The notes under the pieces were generated by a model. That model made no database searches. It was not told where the DNA came from and saw only the letters and a list, made by a program, of their open reading frames with translations. A DNA stretch of 64,000 bases from Candidatus Saccharimonadales bacterium (GTDB taxonomy: Bacteria > Patescibacteriota > Saccharimonadia > Saccharimonadales > UBA10212): positions 695,114 to 759,113 of the forward strand of contig JBEKOJ010000001.1 in the NCBI GenBank assembly GCA_049521895.1, given 5' to 3'. The position numbers and the translations under genes are program-made. Each line of letters begins with the position of its first letter. Position 1 is the first letter of the stretch. This document shows, in pieces, positions 36,913 through 46,842 of this stretch.

Positions 36913-37869
36913 TTATAAACTCGTTCTGGACTTGTATACGGCGCGGGCTAGCAGGAGACAGATATTGGATTCGGCGCCGCTGTGGCGGTTGATTTCGCCT
37001 CTGTTAATACCGTCGTAGCATTTTAAGTTCTTAGGCTGGTACATTTTCTGTTTGGCGATATTATCACCCTCAAACCAATTCAACCACTGCTTAGCGTTTG
37101 TGAGGCTGGCTCTCTGGCCATCAAACTGGTAACAGGCCACCCAGGCCAGCACCATGTAGGCAACATCTACCGGCTGCTGGGAGTAATCCGCTGGTCTAGC
37201 TTGGCCTTTTTGGAACCAACCGTCGTTGCCCACCGGACCAAGAACGCGGCCTTTTGTACAAACTTCCTCCAGAAACCCCAGCAACTTATAGGCCTTGTCA
37301 GCCATAGTCTTATCACCGCTGATCAGGCTGTAGCGTAAAAGGGAGTAGGGGATTATAGCGTTGGCATAAGTTATTCGTTGTTCCAGCCAATACCAATCTT
37401 TGGTGCAATTTTGCAGCAGCTTATCCATTTTGCCCGCTAACTGTTTGGCGAGCCCGGCGTCCCAATAAATAGCTCCCAGTAGCGCGTAAGCGTAACCCCG
37501 GATATGCTTCATCTTTGGCAGGGTTGGTCCAATCCGTACTAAAATCTTCCGGCACTCTTGTGGCTTAAATCCAGCTGATAGACTGTAGCCTAAAGCCCAG
37601 GCCACCTGGCCCTTGGCATCCTCAGAAGAAGGATAGGTGTTAAATTGTCCGCTAGAGGTGGCGAAGCCGTAAAAATCGCTACCTTTTCGCGAACGGCTAA
37701 TGTAGTCAAATAATACCTCGGCCCTGCCCAAATCATTATGTGCTAAACACGAGATCAAGCCACGCGCGGCGTCGTCAAGACTATAACCGGATTCTTTAAG
37801 CCACCTGCGGCCATCGGTGTGGTGGTGCACCCCGAAGCTATCTACTAAGCTGTCAAAAAAGTACTTCAT
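36913..37869 (-). CDS. (alpha/alpha)6-barrel (six-hairpin) glycosidase-like protein
   Basis: Track ORF with a repeating helical W/Y-rich pattern. 4-nt overlap with the upstream GT4 gene. By-eye call. Confidence 0.4.
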   Translation of the reverse strand: MKYFFDSLVDSFGVHHHTDGRRWLKESGYSLDDAARGLISCLAHNDLGRAEVLFDYISRSRKGSDFYGFATSSGQFNTYPSSEDAKGQVAWALGYSLSAGFKPQECRKILVRIGPTLPKMKHIRGYAYALLGAIYWDAGLAKQLAGKMDKLLQNCTKDWYWLEQRITYANAIIPYSLLRYSLISGDKTMADKAYKLLGFLEEVCTKGRVLGPVGNDGWFQKGQARPADYSQQPVDVAYMVLAWVACYQFDGQRASLTNAKQWLNWFEGDNIAKQKMYQPKNLKCYDGINRGEINRHSGAESNICLLLARAVYKSRTSL

Positions 37870-39110
37870 ACGGATTTAGGCAACGCGTCATCTATAATCT
37901 TCCAGTAAGCCTCGGCGACCCTGTCCCAGCCCATTTCCTTGCCGTATTTAGTGGCATTTAGCCTGATAGTCTTATACAGCCGCTGATTCGTTATTAGTAA
38001 TATTATGGCTGCGCCTATGGCTTCGGAATTATTGAATGGCACGAGTAGCCCACGATTTTTGGACAGGAGCTCCCTCGCATAGGCGTAAGGTGTGGAAATC
38101 GATACCAAACCGTTACCCACAGCGTAAGCTAACGTACCCGAGGCCGATTGCTCCGGGTCATTGTGGATTGTCAGATACACATCAGAAATAGCCAGATAAT
38201 CCAGTAGCAACTCCGAGGATATATATTTGTTTACAAATCTGACATGCTGGCTTACGCCCAAATCACGGGCCAGTTTTTTGAGGCTCTTGCGGTACTGCTC
38301 ACCGGCGTTTTTTATTATCTGGGGATGAGTCTGGCCGACGACCAGTAACTGAATCTGGGGGTACTCGGCTACTAAGTCAGGCAAGGTCTTAATAATGGCC
38401 TCGATATTCTTGTTCGGACCAATCAGGCCGCTAACCATTAGGTAAAATTTATCATCAGGCAGCTTTAGGCGTTTTAGGATCTTCGATCTGGCTTCGTTTT
38501 TTTCTTTAAGCTCAACCCCGTGGGGAATAAAGGTGGTCTTGCGGGCTATTGCTGGCCACTGATGAATAATCACGCCTTTTGATTGCTCTGTCATCAGGAT
38601 AATTTTGCATGAGCGGGCGGCTATTTCAGCTAGCACCTTCGAGCGCTCGGCATCTAGATGTGGTAAAACTGTATGCAAGGTAGTGATTATAGGAGCGTTA
38701 ACACCCTCCAGTAGGTCCAGCAAGTAATTGCCGGTTGGTGTGCGGTAATCCATGCCTTTTATGCGGAAATTTGCCCACTTGCCGCCGTATATGCCGTATT
38801 CGTGTTGTAACAATATAACGTCAGGCTTAAAGTGTCTTAGGGCTTCGGCGGCCCTCAAATAGCTCTCTTTAGAAGCAGTGTCGACAACAATCTTAACGTT
38901 GCTACCATAACTAAGTTTCTCTTTTTCTTCGGCGGCCACGACAAATAAATCCATCGGGGTGATCTTCTGCATATAAGTGATCAGGTTATTGGTAAAGGTA
39001 GCAATACCGCATTTTTTAGGTACGTACGAACCAATTACAGCAACCTTTGGCAGGCTTTTTTCAGAGATTGTACCAACTATTTTTTTGCTCGATTCGGCTA
39101 TTTTAACCAT
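37866..39110 (-). CDS. family 4 (GT-B) glycosyltransferase
   Basis: Two Rossmann halves. C-terminal PEQSASGTLAYAVGNGLVSISTP resembles the E-x7-E region. Confidence 0.7.
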   Translation of the reverse strand: MVKIAESSKKIVGTISEKSLPKVAVIGSYVPKKCGIATFTNNLITYMQKITPMDLFVVAAEEKEKLSYGSNVKIVVDTASKESYLRAAEALRHFKPDVILLQHEYGIYGGKWANFRIKGMDYRTPTGNYLLDLLEGVNAPIITTLHTVLPHLDAERSKVLAEIAARSCKIILMTEQSKGVIIHQWPAIARKTTFIPHGVELKEKNEARSKILKRLKLPDDKFYLMVSGLIGPNKNIEAIIKTLPDLVAEYPQIQLLVVGQTHPQIIKNAGEQYRKSLKKLARDLGVSQHVRFVNKYISSELLLDYLAISDVYLTIHNDPEQSASGTLAYAVGNGLVSISTPYAYARELLSKNRGLLVPFNNSEAIGAAIILLITNQRLYKTIRLNATKYGKEMGWDRVAEAYWKIIDDALPKSV

Positions 39111-39185
39111 TAACTAATTTCAGTCAGCTAGCTTTAGTACCCATGCTTTCACACCTGGCTGATTGAGTTATACTTAATATAACAA

Positions 39186-40142
39186 ATGTACTCAATAAAG
39201 AACAGATATGGTGGGTTAGAGCTAAGGCTGGAACGGCTTACCGATCAACCTATTTTAGTGCCGGATGGCCGCAGAGACTGGGAAGTGGGAGGAGTATTTA
39301 ATCCAGGAGTTATTAAAAACGGCACGGACTATATAATGATTTATCGTGCCTTTGGAAAAGACAAAATCTCACGGCTTGGCTATGCTTCTAGCAAAAATGG
39401 AATCTCATGGCGCAAAAACCCAAGGCCAATTATTGAGCCAGACCCTAGCGACAAGCAGGAAAGTCGAGGCATGGAAGACCCGCGGATCGTCAAACTCAAC
39501 GGTAGTTATTACATCACCTACACAGCGGCCGAGGGCTTTCCAGTCCGGAAAAGTTGGCGCTGGCGGACCATGATAAGGATTTTGGTTACTGAAGACTTTA
39601 AAGAAATTGGCAAAATAACCCCCAGTTTGCACGGCATCGGCGAAAAAAACGACAAAGACGCAGTATTGTTCCCGGCCAAAGTCAACGGCCAGTATTGGCT
39701 ATTGCACAGGGTCATTCCTGACGTGCATATCGCCCAATCAACCAACCTTATAAGCTGGCAAGAAAAAGGTACTGTAATTAAAAACCGCCAAGACGGCTGG
39801 TCGTACATAAAAGTTGGTGCTGCCGCACCGCCCGTGCTTACTGATTATGGCTGGCTGATGTTTTATCATGGTGTCCGCAGGGATAAAAGTTACGCCCTGG
39901 GGGTAGCATTACTGGATGCTGCTGACCCCTGTAAATTGACCCACCTTCTGCCTTATGCAATTTTTGAGCCGGAGCGGGATTACGAACTATTTGGTGTAGT
40001 GCCAAGGGTTGTCTTTGGTACGTCAGTGTTGGAAGTTGGTAGTGCGCTATGGGTTTATTACGGCGCTGCTGACAGGGTGATAGGCGTGGCCGCGATTGAT
40101 AAAAAAATACTCCTCGATAACCTCGTACGATACATGGTTTAA
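39186..40142 (+). CDS. GH130-family glycosidase/beta-mannoside phosphorylase-like protein
   Basis: GVFNPGVIKNG...YRA..., MEDPRIVKLNGSYYITYTA, and a five-bladed-propeller DUF377/GH130 pattern. Confidence 0.7.
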   Translation: MYSIKNRYGGLELRLERLTDQPILVPDGRRDWEVGGVFNPGVIKNGTDYIMIYRAFGKDKISRLGYASSKNGISWRKNPRPIIEPDPSDKQESRGMEDPRIVKLNGSYYITYTAAEGFPVRKSWRWRTMIRILVTEDFKEIGKITPSLHGIGEKNDKDAVLFPAKVNGQYWLLHRVIPDVHIAQSTNLISWQEKGTVIKNRQDGWSYIKVGAAAPPVLTDYGWLMFYHGVRRDKSYALGVALLDAADPCKLTHLLPYAIFEPERDYELFGVVPRVVFGTSVLEVGSALWVYYGAADRVIGVAAIDKKILLDNLVRYMV

Positions 40143-40724
40143 AGCTAACAATTTTGTCTGGTGGCCTCCTTTCGAAGAAGTTACCACCGGTGATTTAATA
40201 TCTAAAACCAATTCTTCTATACTCAACTGATACCAAAACGTAACCTTTTTTACAGCGATTTGGGGTTGATTACATCTGTTAAAATTGCTAAAATAGTCTT
40301 GGTCGTTTGAGTACGGCCAGTTTGTTAGTCGGCAACCGGCCGGTACTAATCCTCTGGGCTTACTCAAACTCTTTTCCGCGAATCGATCTTTCATGACGCA
40401 CGGTGGAGCGAGAGCAAGCATGTAATTTAACAACTCGGGCTGTATAGCGGCCAGCAAAGCCGCATGCAGATTGAGAAAGCAAATGACAGATAGCATTGGT
40501 GAGAACCAATAGCTAGTCAAATGCACAAATCAGTAGTGAGATTTATCTCATTACTTTGTAAAAAGTTACTCAAGCGCACATAAAGGATGCCTTGACGCAA
40601 AACACCGAAGAAGGACGTAGATGACTGCGATAAGCCGCGGGGAGCTGCCTCACAAGCTTTGATCCGTGGATGTCCGAATGGGGAAACCTCATGCAAGTTA
40701 TATTGCATGGCGCCAAACTGAAGT

Positions 40725-40838
40725 GCTTCTCACTGGCGTGAGAAGCGGTATAGCGTATCTCGTATAAAGTATTAGGTATTTTTTATACCATATACCTTAT
40801 ACCGGATACCAAATACTGCTTACCGCGTTAGCGAGGAG
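40725..40838 (+). repeat. GTAT/ATAC word-hairpin insertion in 23S domain I, copy H9
   Basis: 114 nt inserted between AACTGAAGTG and CATATAGG relative to E. coli. Left half is near-identical to 41530-41587. Confidence 0.7.
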
Positions 40839-41194
40839 CATATAGGTCTGGTAGCGGTAAGCTGGGGAACTGAAACATCTTAGTACCCAGAGGAAAGGAA
40901 AGTAAACAACGAATCCCGTAGTAGTGGCGAGCGAACCGGGACCAGCCCAAACCTTTTAAGTTTCCATCTGTTAATTCAGGTGGATAAATTGGTAGATGAA
41001 TACTTAATAGGGGTTGTGACAAACAATTAACCAGTACGGAGCCCTGGAGCAATCCAGGACTGCGTACTGCTGCAGGTTCTACCGATGGCCTGCGTAAGGT
41101 TACAAATTTCCGGGGCGAGCAGAACAGTCTGGAAAGGCTGGCCAAAGACAGTGAAAGCCTGGTACGCAAAGTGTCGGAAACCTTATCAATTGTT

Positions 41195-41353
41195 TAGCGG
41201 TGCGCAGCACCGCATTTACCATTGACCATTTTTCATTTACCATTGATTTTTCATTGACCATTTACCATTGCAAGCTGCAATTGTTAAATGTTACCTGTTA
41301 AATAAATGTAAATTGTTAAATGTAAATTGATAATTGCGATGCTACGCATCGCC
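41195..41353 (+). repeat. CATT/AATG word-hairpin insertion in 23S, copy H10
   Basis: GCGGTGC-GCA-GCACCGC, an AT palindrome with CTGTTAAATAAATGT at 41295-41309, then GCGATGC-TAC-GCATCGC. Confidence 0.7.
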
Positions 41354-41529
41354 TGTCGAGTAGGTCGGGACACGTGAAACCCTGACTGAAACCAGAGGGA
41401 CCACCCTCTAAGGCTAAATATGTTTTGCGATCGATAGTGTACAAGTACCGTGAGGGAAAGGTTAAAAGAACCGCGGATAGCGGAGTGAAATAGAGCCTGA
41501 AATTATGTGCGTACAAGGAGTCGGAGCGA

Positions 41530-41645
41530 GCTTCTCACTAGCGTGAGAAGCGGTATAGCGTATTTCGTATAAAGTATTAGGTATTTTTTCATACCTTATA
41601 CCCAATACCTGATACCAAATACTGCTTATCGCGTAAGCGAGAAGC
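41530..41645 (+). repeat. GTAT/ATAC word-hairpin insertion at the 23S helix 25 position, copy H11
   Basis: Inserted within the GGAGC...GTGAC helix-25 equivalent. Outer stem GCTTCTC/GAGAAGC. Confidence 0.7.
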
Positions 41646-42264
41646 TTGTGACGGCGTGCTTTTTGTAGAACGATCCAGCGAGTTACTCAGTCACCGCAAG
41701 CCTAAGCCATTTGGCGGAGGCGCAGTGAAAGCGAGGGTTAAATACCCGAAATTAGTGGGGCTGAGTAGACCCGAAACCGGGTGACCTAACCATGGGCAGG
41801 CTGAAGCGTGGGTAAAACCACGTGGAGGGCCGCACCACCGTGAGTTACAATACACTTGGATGACCTGTGGTTAGTGGTGAAATGCTAATCGAACCCGGAG
41901 ATAGCTGGTTCTCCTCGAAATAGCTTTAGGGCTAGCGTCGTACGGTAACGATCAGGGGTAGAGCTCTGTTTTGGACTAGGGCCAGTGATGGTACCTACCC
42001 TTGACAAACTACGAATACTGGTCGCGGAACTACGGCAGTTAGAACGTGGGGGCTAAGCTCCACGCTCGAAAGGGAAACAGCCCAGATCGCCAGCTAAGGT
42101 CCCTAAATATACGCTAAGTGGGAAACGAAGTGGGAATTCTTGGACAATAAGGATGTTGGCTTAGAAGCAGCCATTCATTTAAAGAGTGCGTAACAGCTCA
42201 CTTATCAAGAAATCCTGCGCGGAAAATGTAACGGGGCTAAAGCGTATTACCGAAGCTGCGAACG

Positions 42265-42392
42265 CCAGTAGTGGGACTAAGTCTACGGACTTGTCGCAAA
42301 CTGTTCTTGAAGGGAAAAAGAGCAGCCCGAGAGAAATGTATTCCATTTCCCCGGCGCGATGAGAAAAAACCGCAGGTTTTGTCTCATTACTG
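42265..42392 (+). other. about 128-nt expansion at the 23S helix 45 position
   Basis: Replaces the ~20-nt GCAGCGACGCTTATGCGTTGTTGGG segment of E. coli. Closed by CCAGTAGTG/CATTACTGG. Confidence 0.55.
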
Positions 42393-42892
42393 GTTTGGTA
42401 GAGGAGCGTTGATATCGCACTGAAGTCAGATCGTAAGGTCTGGTGGAGCGTTATCAAGTGAGAATGCTGGAATGAGTAACGATAAGGCAGGTGAGAATCC
42501 TGCCCACCGAAAGAGCAAGGTTTCCTGGGCCATGATAATCAGCCCAGGGTTAGTCGGTCCTAAGCCGAGGCAGGATATGCGTAGGCGATGGACAACGGGT
42601 TAATATTCCCGTACCGGTGTTAATTTGTTAAGTGGTGCGCATTGGATAAGTAGGAGCGGATTCATGGTTATATCCGTCTAACTAGTCCTTACGGGCTAGG
42701 AATGAAACGGCTGCAATATGCCGGATTTCTGCCGACACGGTGCCTAGAAAAGCCACCTAGCTTATGATTAACGCCGACCGTACCGCAAACCGACACAGGT
42801 GCTCAGGGCGAGTAGCCCAAAGGTGTACGAGTGATTCTTCGTTAAGGAACTCGGCAATATAGCGACCGTAAGTTCGCGATAAGGTCTGCCTG

Positions 42893-43058
42893 GGCTCTTC
42901 ACAGGTGAAGAGCCAATGGACAAATGCGACAAATGTTCAATGGACAAATGAATAGTCAGTGCAATCAATGATTCAACGCATTGAGGTATTAAAAGCATTC
43001 ATTAGTTCATTAGTTCATTCGTTCATTGATTCATTGGGCTCATCGCTTGCGATGAGCC
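42893..43058 (+). repeat. AATGGACAAATG/CATTCATT word-hairpin insertion in 23S, copy H12
   Basis: GGCTCTTCAC-AG-GTGAAGAGCC, an AT palindrome, then GGGCTCATCGC-T-TGCGATGAGCC. Confidence 0.65.
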
Positions 43059-43236
43059 TAGGCTGCAACAAAAGAACCCATGCAACTGTTTACTAAAAAC
43101 ACAGGTCTCTGCTAACACGAAAGTGGATGTATAGGGGCTGACGCCTGCCCGGTGCTGGAAGGTTAAGGGGAAAGCTTTACGGCTAGAACTGAAGCCCCAG
43201 TGAACGGCGGCCCTAACTATAAGGGTCCTAAGGTAG

Positions 43237-43932
43237 GAAAGCTGCTTTAGTAAAATTCGGCTATATGCTGGAACATCTGAGAATCGGACTGTACTATGGT
43301 AAAATGTTTCCTTAGATGGGCAACATTAACCTTAGTGACAATCATGTCCGTGCAGACAATCAGCAGGGAAGATTAGATGTATGGTGGATTACGGGTTTCG
43401 TTGACGGCGAAGGGTGTTTCTCGATAAGTGTCTTTAAGAATGCGACCACCAAGGCGGGAGTTCAAATATTCCCGGAATTCGTGGTAACGCAAGGCGCCAA
43501 AAGCCTGCTAACGCTGAAGAATCTGCAAGATTTCTTCGGTTGTGGCCGGATATATGAAAATAGGCGTACAGATAATCATCGGGAGAACCTTTACAGATAT
43601 TGCGTAAGATCAAAACAAGATTTAAGGGATAAGATAATTCCGTTTTTTAAGGAATATCCTCTAAAAACTTCTAAGCATCAGGATTTTCTGGTGTTTTGTA
43701 AGGTAATGGATATGATAGAGAGCAAATCACATCTTAGCCCCGAAGGCCTTATGATCATACGTGAACTGGCAGCCACTACGAACAGACGTAAACCACGTAT
43801 CTAAAACCCTCAGAGACTATACGCCGAAGCCGCTTTAAGGCGGCAAGATATAGTCCGATCTCCATGGCGACATGGAGGATGCAAGCAAAAGCTTTTGCAT
43901 CGTAAAAACAGCAGTAATTGAACTCAAATGAG
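43237..43932 (+). mobile_element. group I intron at the 23S L1917-equivalent site
   Basis: Exon sequence GGTCCTAAGGTAG | CGAAATTCCTTGTC is interrupted by 696 nt. The core element AAGATATAGTCCGA is present. Confidence 0.8.
43316..43804 (+). CDS. LAGLIDADG homing endonuclease (single-motif type)
   Basis: WWITGFVDGEGCFSI motif. The ORF is entirely inside the intron. Confidence 0.85.
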   Translation: MGNINLSDNHVRADNQQGRLDVWWITGFVDGEGCFSISVFKNATTKAGVQIFPEFVVTQGAKSLLTLKNLQDFFGCGRIYENRRTDNHRENLYRYCVRSKQDLRDKIIPFFKEYPLKTSKHQDFLVFCKVMDMIESKSHLSPEGLMIIRELAATTNRRKPRI

Positions 43933-44046
43933 CGAAATTCCTTGTCAGGTAAGTTCTGACCCGCACGAATGGCGTAATGATATGGGTACTGTCTCGACGA
44001 AGAGCTCGGTGAAAGTGCATTGACGGTAAAGATGCCGTCTGTCCGC

Positions 44047-44078
<32 letters not shown>

Positions 44079-44202
44079 ACAGTTTGGCATTGTGCCGAGC
44101 GTGTATATGTGTAGCATAGGTGGGAGACTTTGAAGCTGACGCGCTAGCGTCGGTGGAGTCACCGGTGAAATACCACCCTTATATACGTTTTGTACTTACA
44201 TG

Positions 44203-44379
44203 GCCCTTGAATTGCAAGCAATTCAGGGCATTTACCATTGACCATTTTGCATTACCATTAATTTTTCATTTGTCATTTTTCATTGCAGCTGCAATTGTTA
44301 AATGGTATCTGTTAAATAAATGTTAATTGTGAATTGTAAAATGTTAAATGACCCTGGAAGATTACTTGTAATTCCAGGG
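44203..44379 (+). repeat. CATT/AATG word-hairpin insertion in 23S domain V region, copy H13
   Basis: GCCCTGAATTGC..GCAATTCAGGGC-type clamp, an AT palindrome with CTGTTAAATAAATGT at 44309-44323, then CCCTGGAA...TTCCAGGG. Confidence 0.7.
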
Positions 44380-44600
44380 TCGTGGACAGTGTCTGATGGG
44401 TAGTTTAACTGGGGCGGTTGCCTCCTAAAGAGTAGCGGAGGCGTTCAAAGGTTGGCTAGATACGGATGGAAATCGTATTGGTAGTGTATACGCACAAGCC
44501 AGCTTGACTGCGAGGCATACAAGCCGAGCAGGCACGAAAGTGGGAGTAAATGACCCGCTGATCGCACCTTTTGGTGCATGAGTGTGGTATTGACAGCGAA

Positions 44601-44633
<33 letters not shown>

Positions 44634-44769
44634 TATAGCGCCCAATAGTTCACATAGACGGCGCTGTTTGGCACCTCGATGTCGGCTCATCTCATCCTGG
44701 AGGGGGAGCACCTTCCAAGGGTCGGGCTGTTCGCCCGTTAAAGAGGTACGTGAGCTGGGTTTAGAACGT

Positions 44770-45531
44770 AAATTACATTGCGTTCTACTACTGTAAAGTA
44801 GTAAAATGCTGGTGTACATCGCACCAATAGCATTAACATTCGGCTAATATCGGTGAAACCCCACTCGGATTTTCGAACAATCCGAAGGGCAATACCGAGG
44901 GAAGACGAAATCGTCCATGACTAACGAAGAAAAAGCCTACATAGCTGGGTTTTTAGATGGTGATGGTTCAATCATGGCACAGTTGGTAGCCCGCAAGGGC
45001 TACAAGCTGGGCTATCAGATAAGAACCAGCATCGTTTTCTATCAGAAAACGATCCATCTAGAACATCTCCTTTGGCTTAAAGAGCAGCTAGGCTACGGTT
45101 ATGTTCGCGACCGCCACGATGGCATGAGCGAATATACCATAGTCGGCTTAAGGGAAGTAGAAGCAGTTTTGAAGCTTCTAGGACCCTTTCTTCACCTCAA
45201 AAAAGTTTTGGCGCGCAGCGTGTTGGCAATAATTGCCCAGCATCCGGCGCAGCGCAAAATGACCGAGGCGCAACTGATTAGGTTAAGCAAGCTGGTTGAT
45301 AAAACAGCCGCTTTCAACTATTCCAAGAAGCGCACCAACACAAGTGTTCAGGTCATCAATTTTTTGAGCAGTCGTGAGATTTTGTCCCCGTAGAGACTGA
45401 AGCTTAGCGGAAGCCCCGCGAAGCTGAGATGGGATCCTCAACCAGAGGCCCATAATACGCCGACTCCTAATCCGCACCGGCGGAAAGGAAGAAGATATAG
45501 TCCGTGCCATTAGTAATAATGGAATTACACG
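44770..45531 (+). mobile_element. group I intron at the 23S L2593-equivalent (I-CreI) site
   Basis: Exon sequence GGGTTTAGAACGT | CGTGAGACAGTTCGG is interrupted by 762 nt. The core element AAGATATAGTCCGT is present. Confidence 0.8.
44917..45393 (+). CDS. I-CreI-like LAGLIDADG homing endonuclease
   Basis: YIAGFLDGDGSIMAQ, GYVRDR and AAFNYSKKRTNTSVQV parallel I-CreI LAGFVDGDGSIIAQ, GYVRDR and AALNDSKTRKTTSETV. Confidence 0.85.
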   Translation: MTNEEKAYIAGFLDGDGSIMAQLVARKGYKLGYQIRTSIVFYQKTIHLEHLLWLKEQLGYGYVRDRHDGMSEYTIVGLREVEAVLKLLGPFLHLKKVLARSVLAIIAQHPAQRKMTEAQLIRLSKLVDKTAAFNYSKKRTNTSVQVINFLSSREILSP

Positions 45532-46093
45532 CGTGAGACAGTTCGGATTATATCCGCTGTGGACGATAGGAAATTTGCGAGGAGTTGCCTCTAGTACGAG
45601 AGGACCGAGGCGAACGCACCGCTGGTGTATGGGTTGTTCTACCAAGGGCATTGCCCAGTAGCTATAGTGCGGAATGGATAAGCGCTGAAAGCATATTAAG
45701 CGCGAAGCCAACCTCTAGATTAGATTTCCCCATGATCCCCCAGAAAGACTATCTGGTTGATAGGCGCAAGGTGGAAGTACAGTAATGTATGGAGCCGAAG
45801 CGTACTAATAGGGACATTGACTTTTTACACTATGAGACAAACCTGTGGTTTTTCTCATCGAGCCTGACGGAGTTAATCCGTCTTTCGCTCGAGGAGCGAA
45901 ACCAACTCTGCTCTTTTCCTTCGGGGGAAGGCAGGGAAAGCAGGTTAGTCTTATAGGGATAAGTGCAACTTGACTAGCTTTTGGTAATCAGCAATAATGA
46001 CTGTGGTCATTTGGCAGATTACGTCGTTTGCTTTACAACACATCCGTGCCAATCTTATGGTTGCCGAAGAAGCTCCCCATCGAGGGTCGCTTC

Positions 46094-46207
46094 TTCGGTG
46101 CCCATGGCGCTAGGGAAACACCTGTTCCCATCCCGAACACAGAAGTTAAGCCTAGCTGCGGTTACAATACTTGGGTTTTAGCCCTGGGAAAATAGCACGG
46201 TGCCGAA
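46094..46207 (+). rRNA. rrf: 5S ribosomal RNA
   Basis: CCCATCCCGAACACAGAAGTTAAGC core. Helix I is TTCGGTGCC/GGTGCCGAA. Confidence 0.85.
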
Positions 46208-46213
46208 ATATAT

Positions 46214-46246
46214 AAAGGGCCTCCGAAAGGAGGTCCTTTATCTTTT
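46214..46246 (+). terminator. intrinsic terminator after 5S
   Basis: GGGCCTCC-GAAA-GGAGGTCC followed by TTTATCTTTT. Confidence 0.65.
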
Positions 46247-46435
46247 GGCCACGGCTTTTATAAGTCGGAACAGACCTATGATTATCAGGGGTACACCTAT
46301 GAATATTGAGACAATTGCCAACCCCAGAGTGCTTAAGCCTGATGAATCGATACTATTTCCAGAAACAATGGCCACGATTGGCAGCAGTATTCCGGCGAGA
46401 ATCATCAAGAGGGCATTGCGCCTGCGGTTATTCAT
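46238..46435 (-). CDS. small membrane protein (65 aa)
   Basis: Track ORF with two clear hydrophobic helices. No obvious SD. Confidence 0.4.
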   Translation of the reverse strand: MNNRRRNALLMILAGILLPIVAIVSGNSIDSSGLSTLGLAIVSIFIGVPLIIIGLFRLIKAVAKR

Positions 46436-46774
46436 TACTTCATAATATCAGTTCTCTGTAGAGAATCAGACTATTTGCTACCCTTGCTACCCGGAGTATA
46501 CTTTCCAAGGCTGACTTTCCAAGGCTGGTCCTTGGAAACGTGGGAAGCGGTTGTTGGAAAGCGCGGGTTTTTATAAATAAATTGTTCAAAATTGTTCAGA
46601 GAAAAATAAAAAGTGTGGATAACTTTTAATAATGTGTGACTAATGTTAGAAAAACAACATGCGAGAGACGTTGATTATTTAAGGTGTAAAAAGCAGCTAA
46701 TGTGTAAAAATGACATCGAAAAAACGTAAAAAATAAACTGGACAAGTAACACCTTAAAAAAACGTCTTTTCCTC

Positions 46775-46803
46775 TTGACTTTGTCCGGTTTAAAATCCAT
46801 AAT
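46775..46803 (+). promoter_or_regulatory. candidate sigma70-type promoter TTGACT-17-CATAAT for the giant gene
   Basis: Hexamers with 17-nt spacing, about 40 nt upstream of GTG 46843. Confidence 0.45.
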
Positions 46804-46842
46804 CTTTAGCAGATTCGCGAACAAAAAAATTAACAAAACAAA

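Noticed and set aside
40047-40526. A 159-aa minus-strand ORF between GH130 and 23S.
   Set aside because: It overlaps the 3' end of the GH130 gene and the 23S upstream region, has no motif, and its composition resembles non-coding leader sequence.
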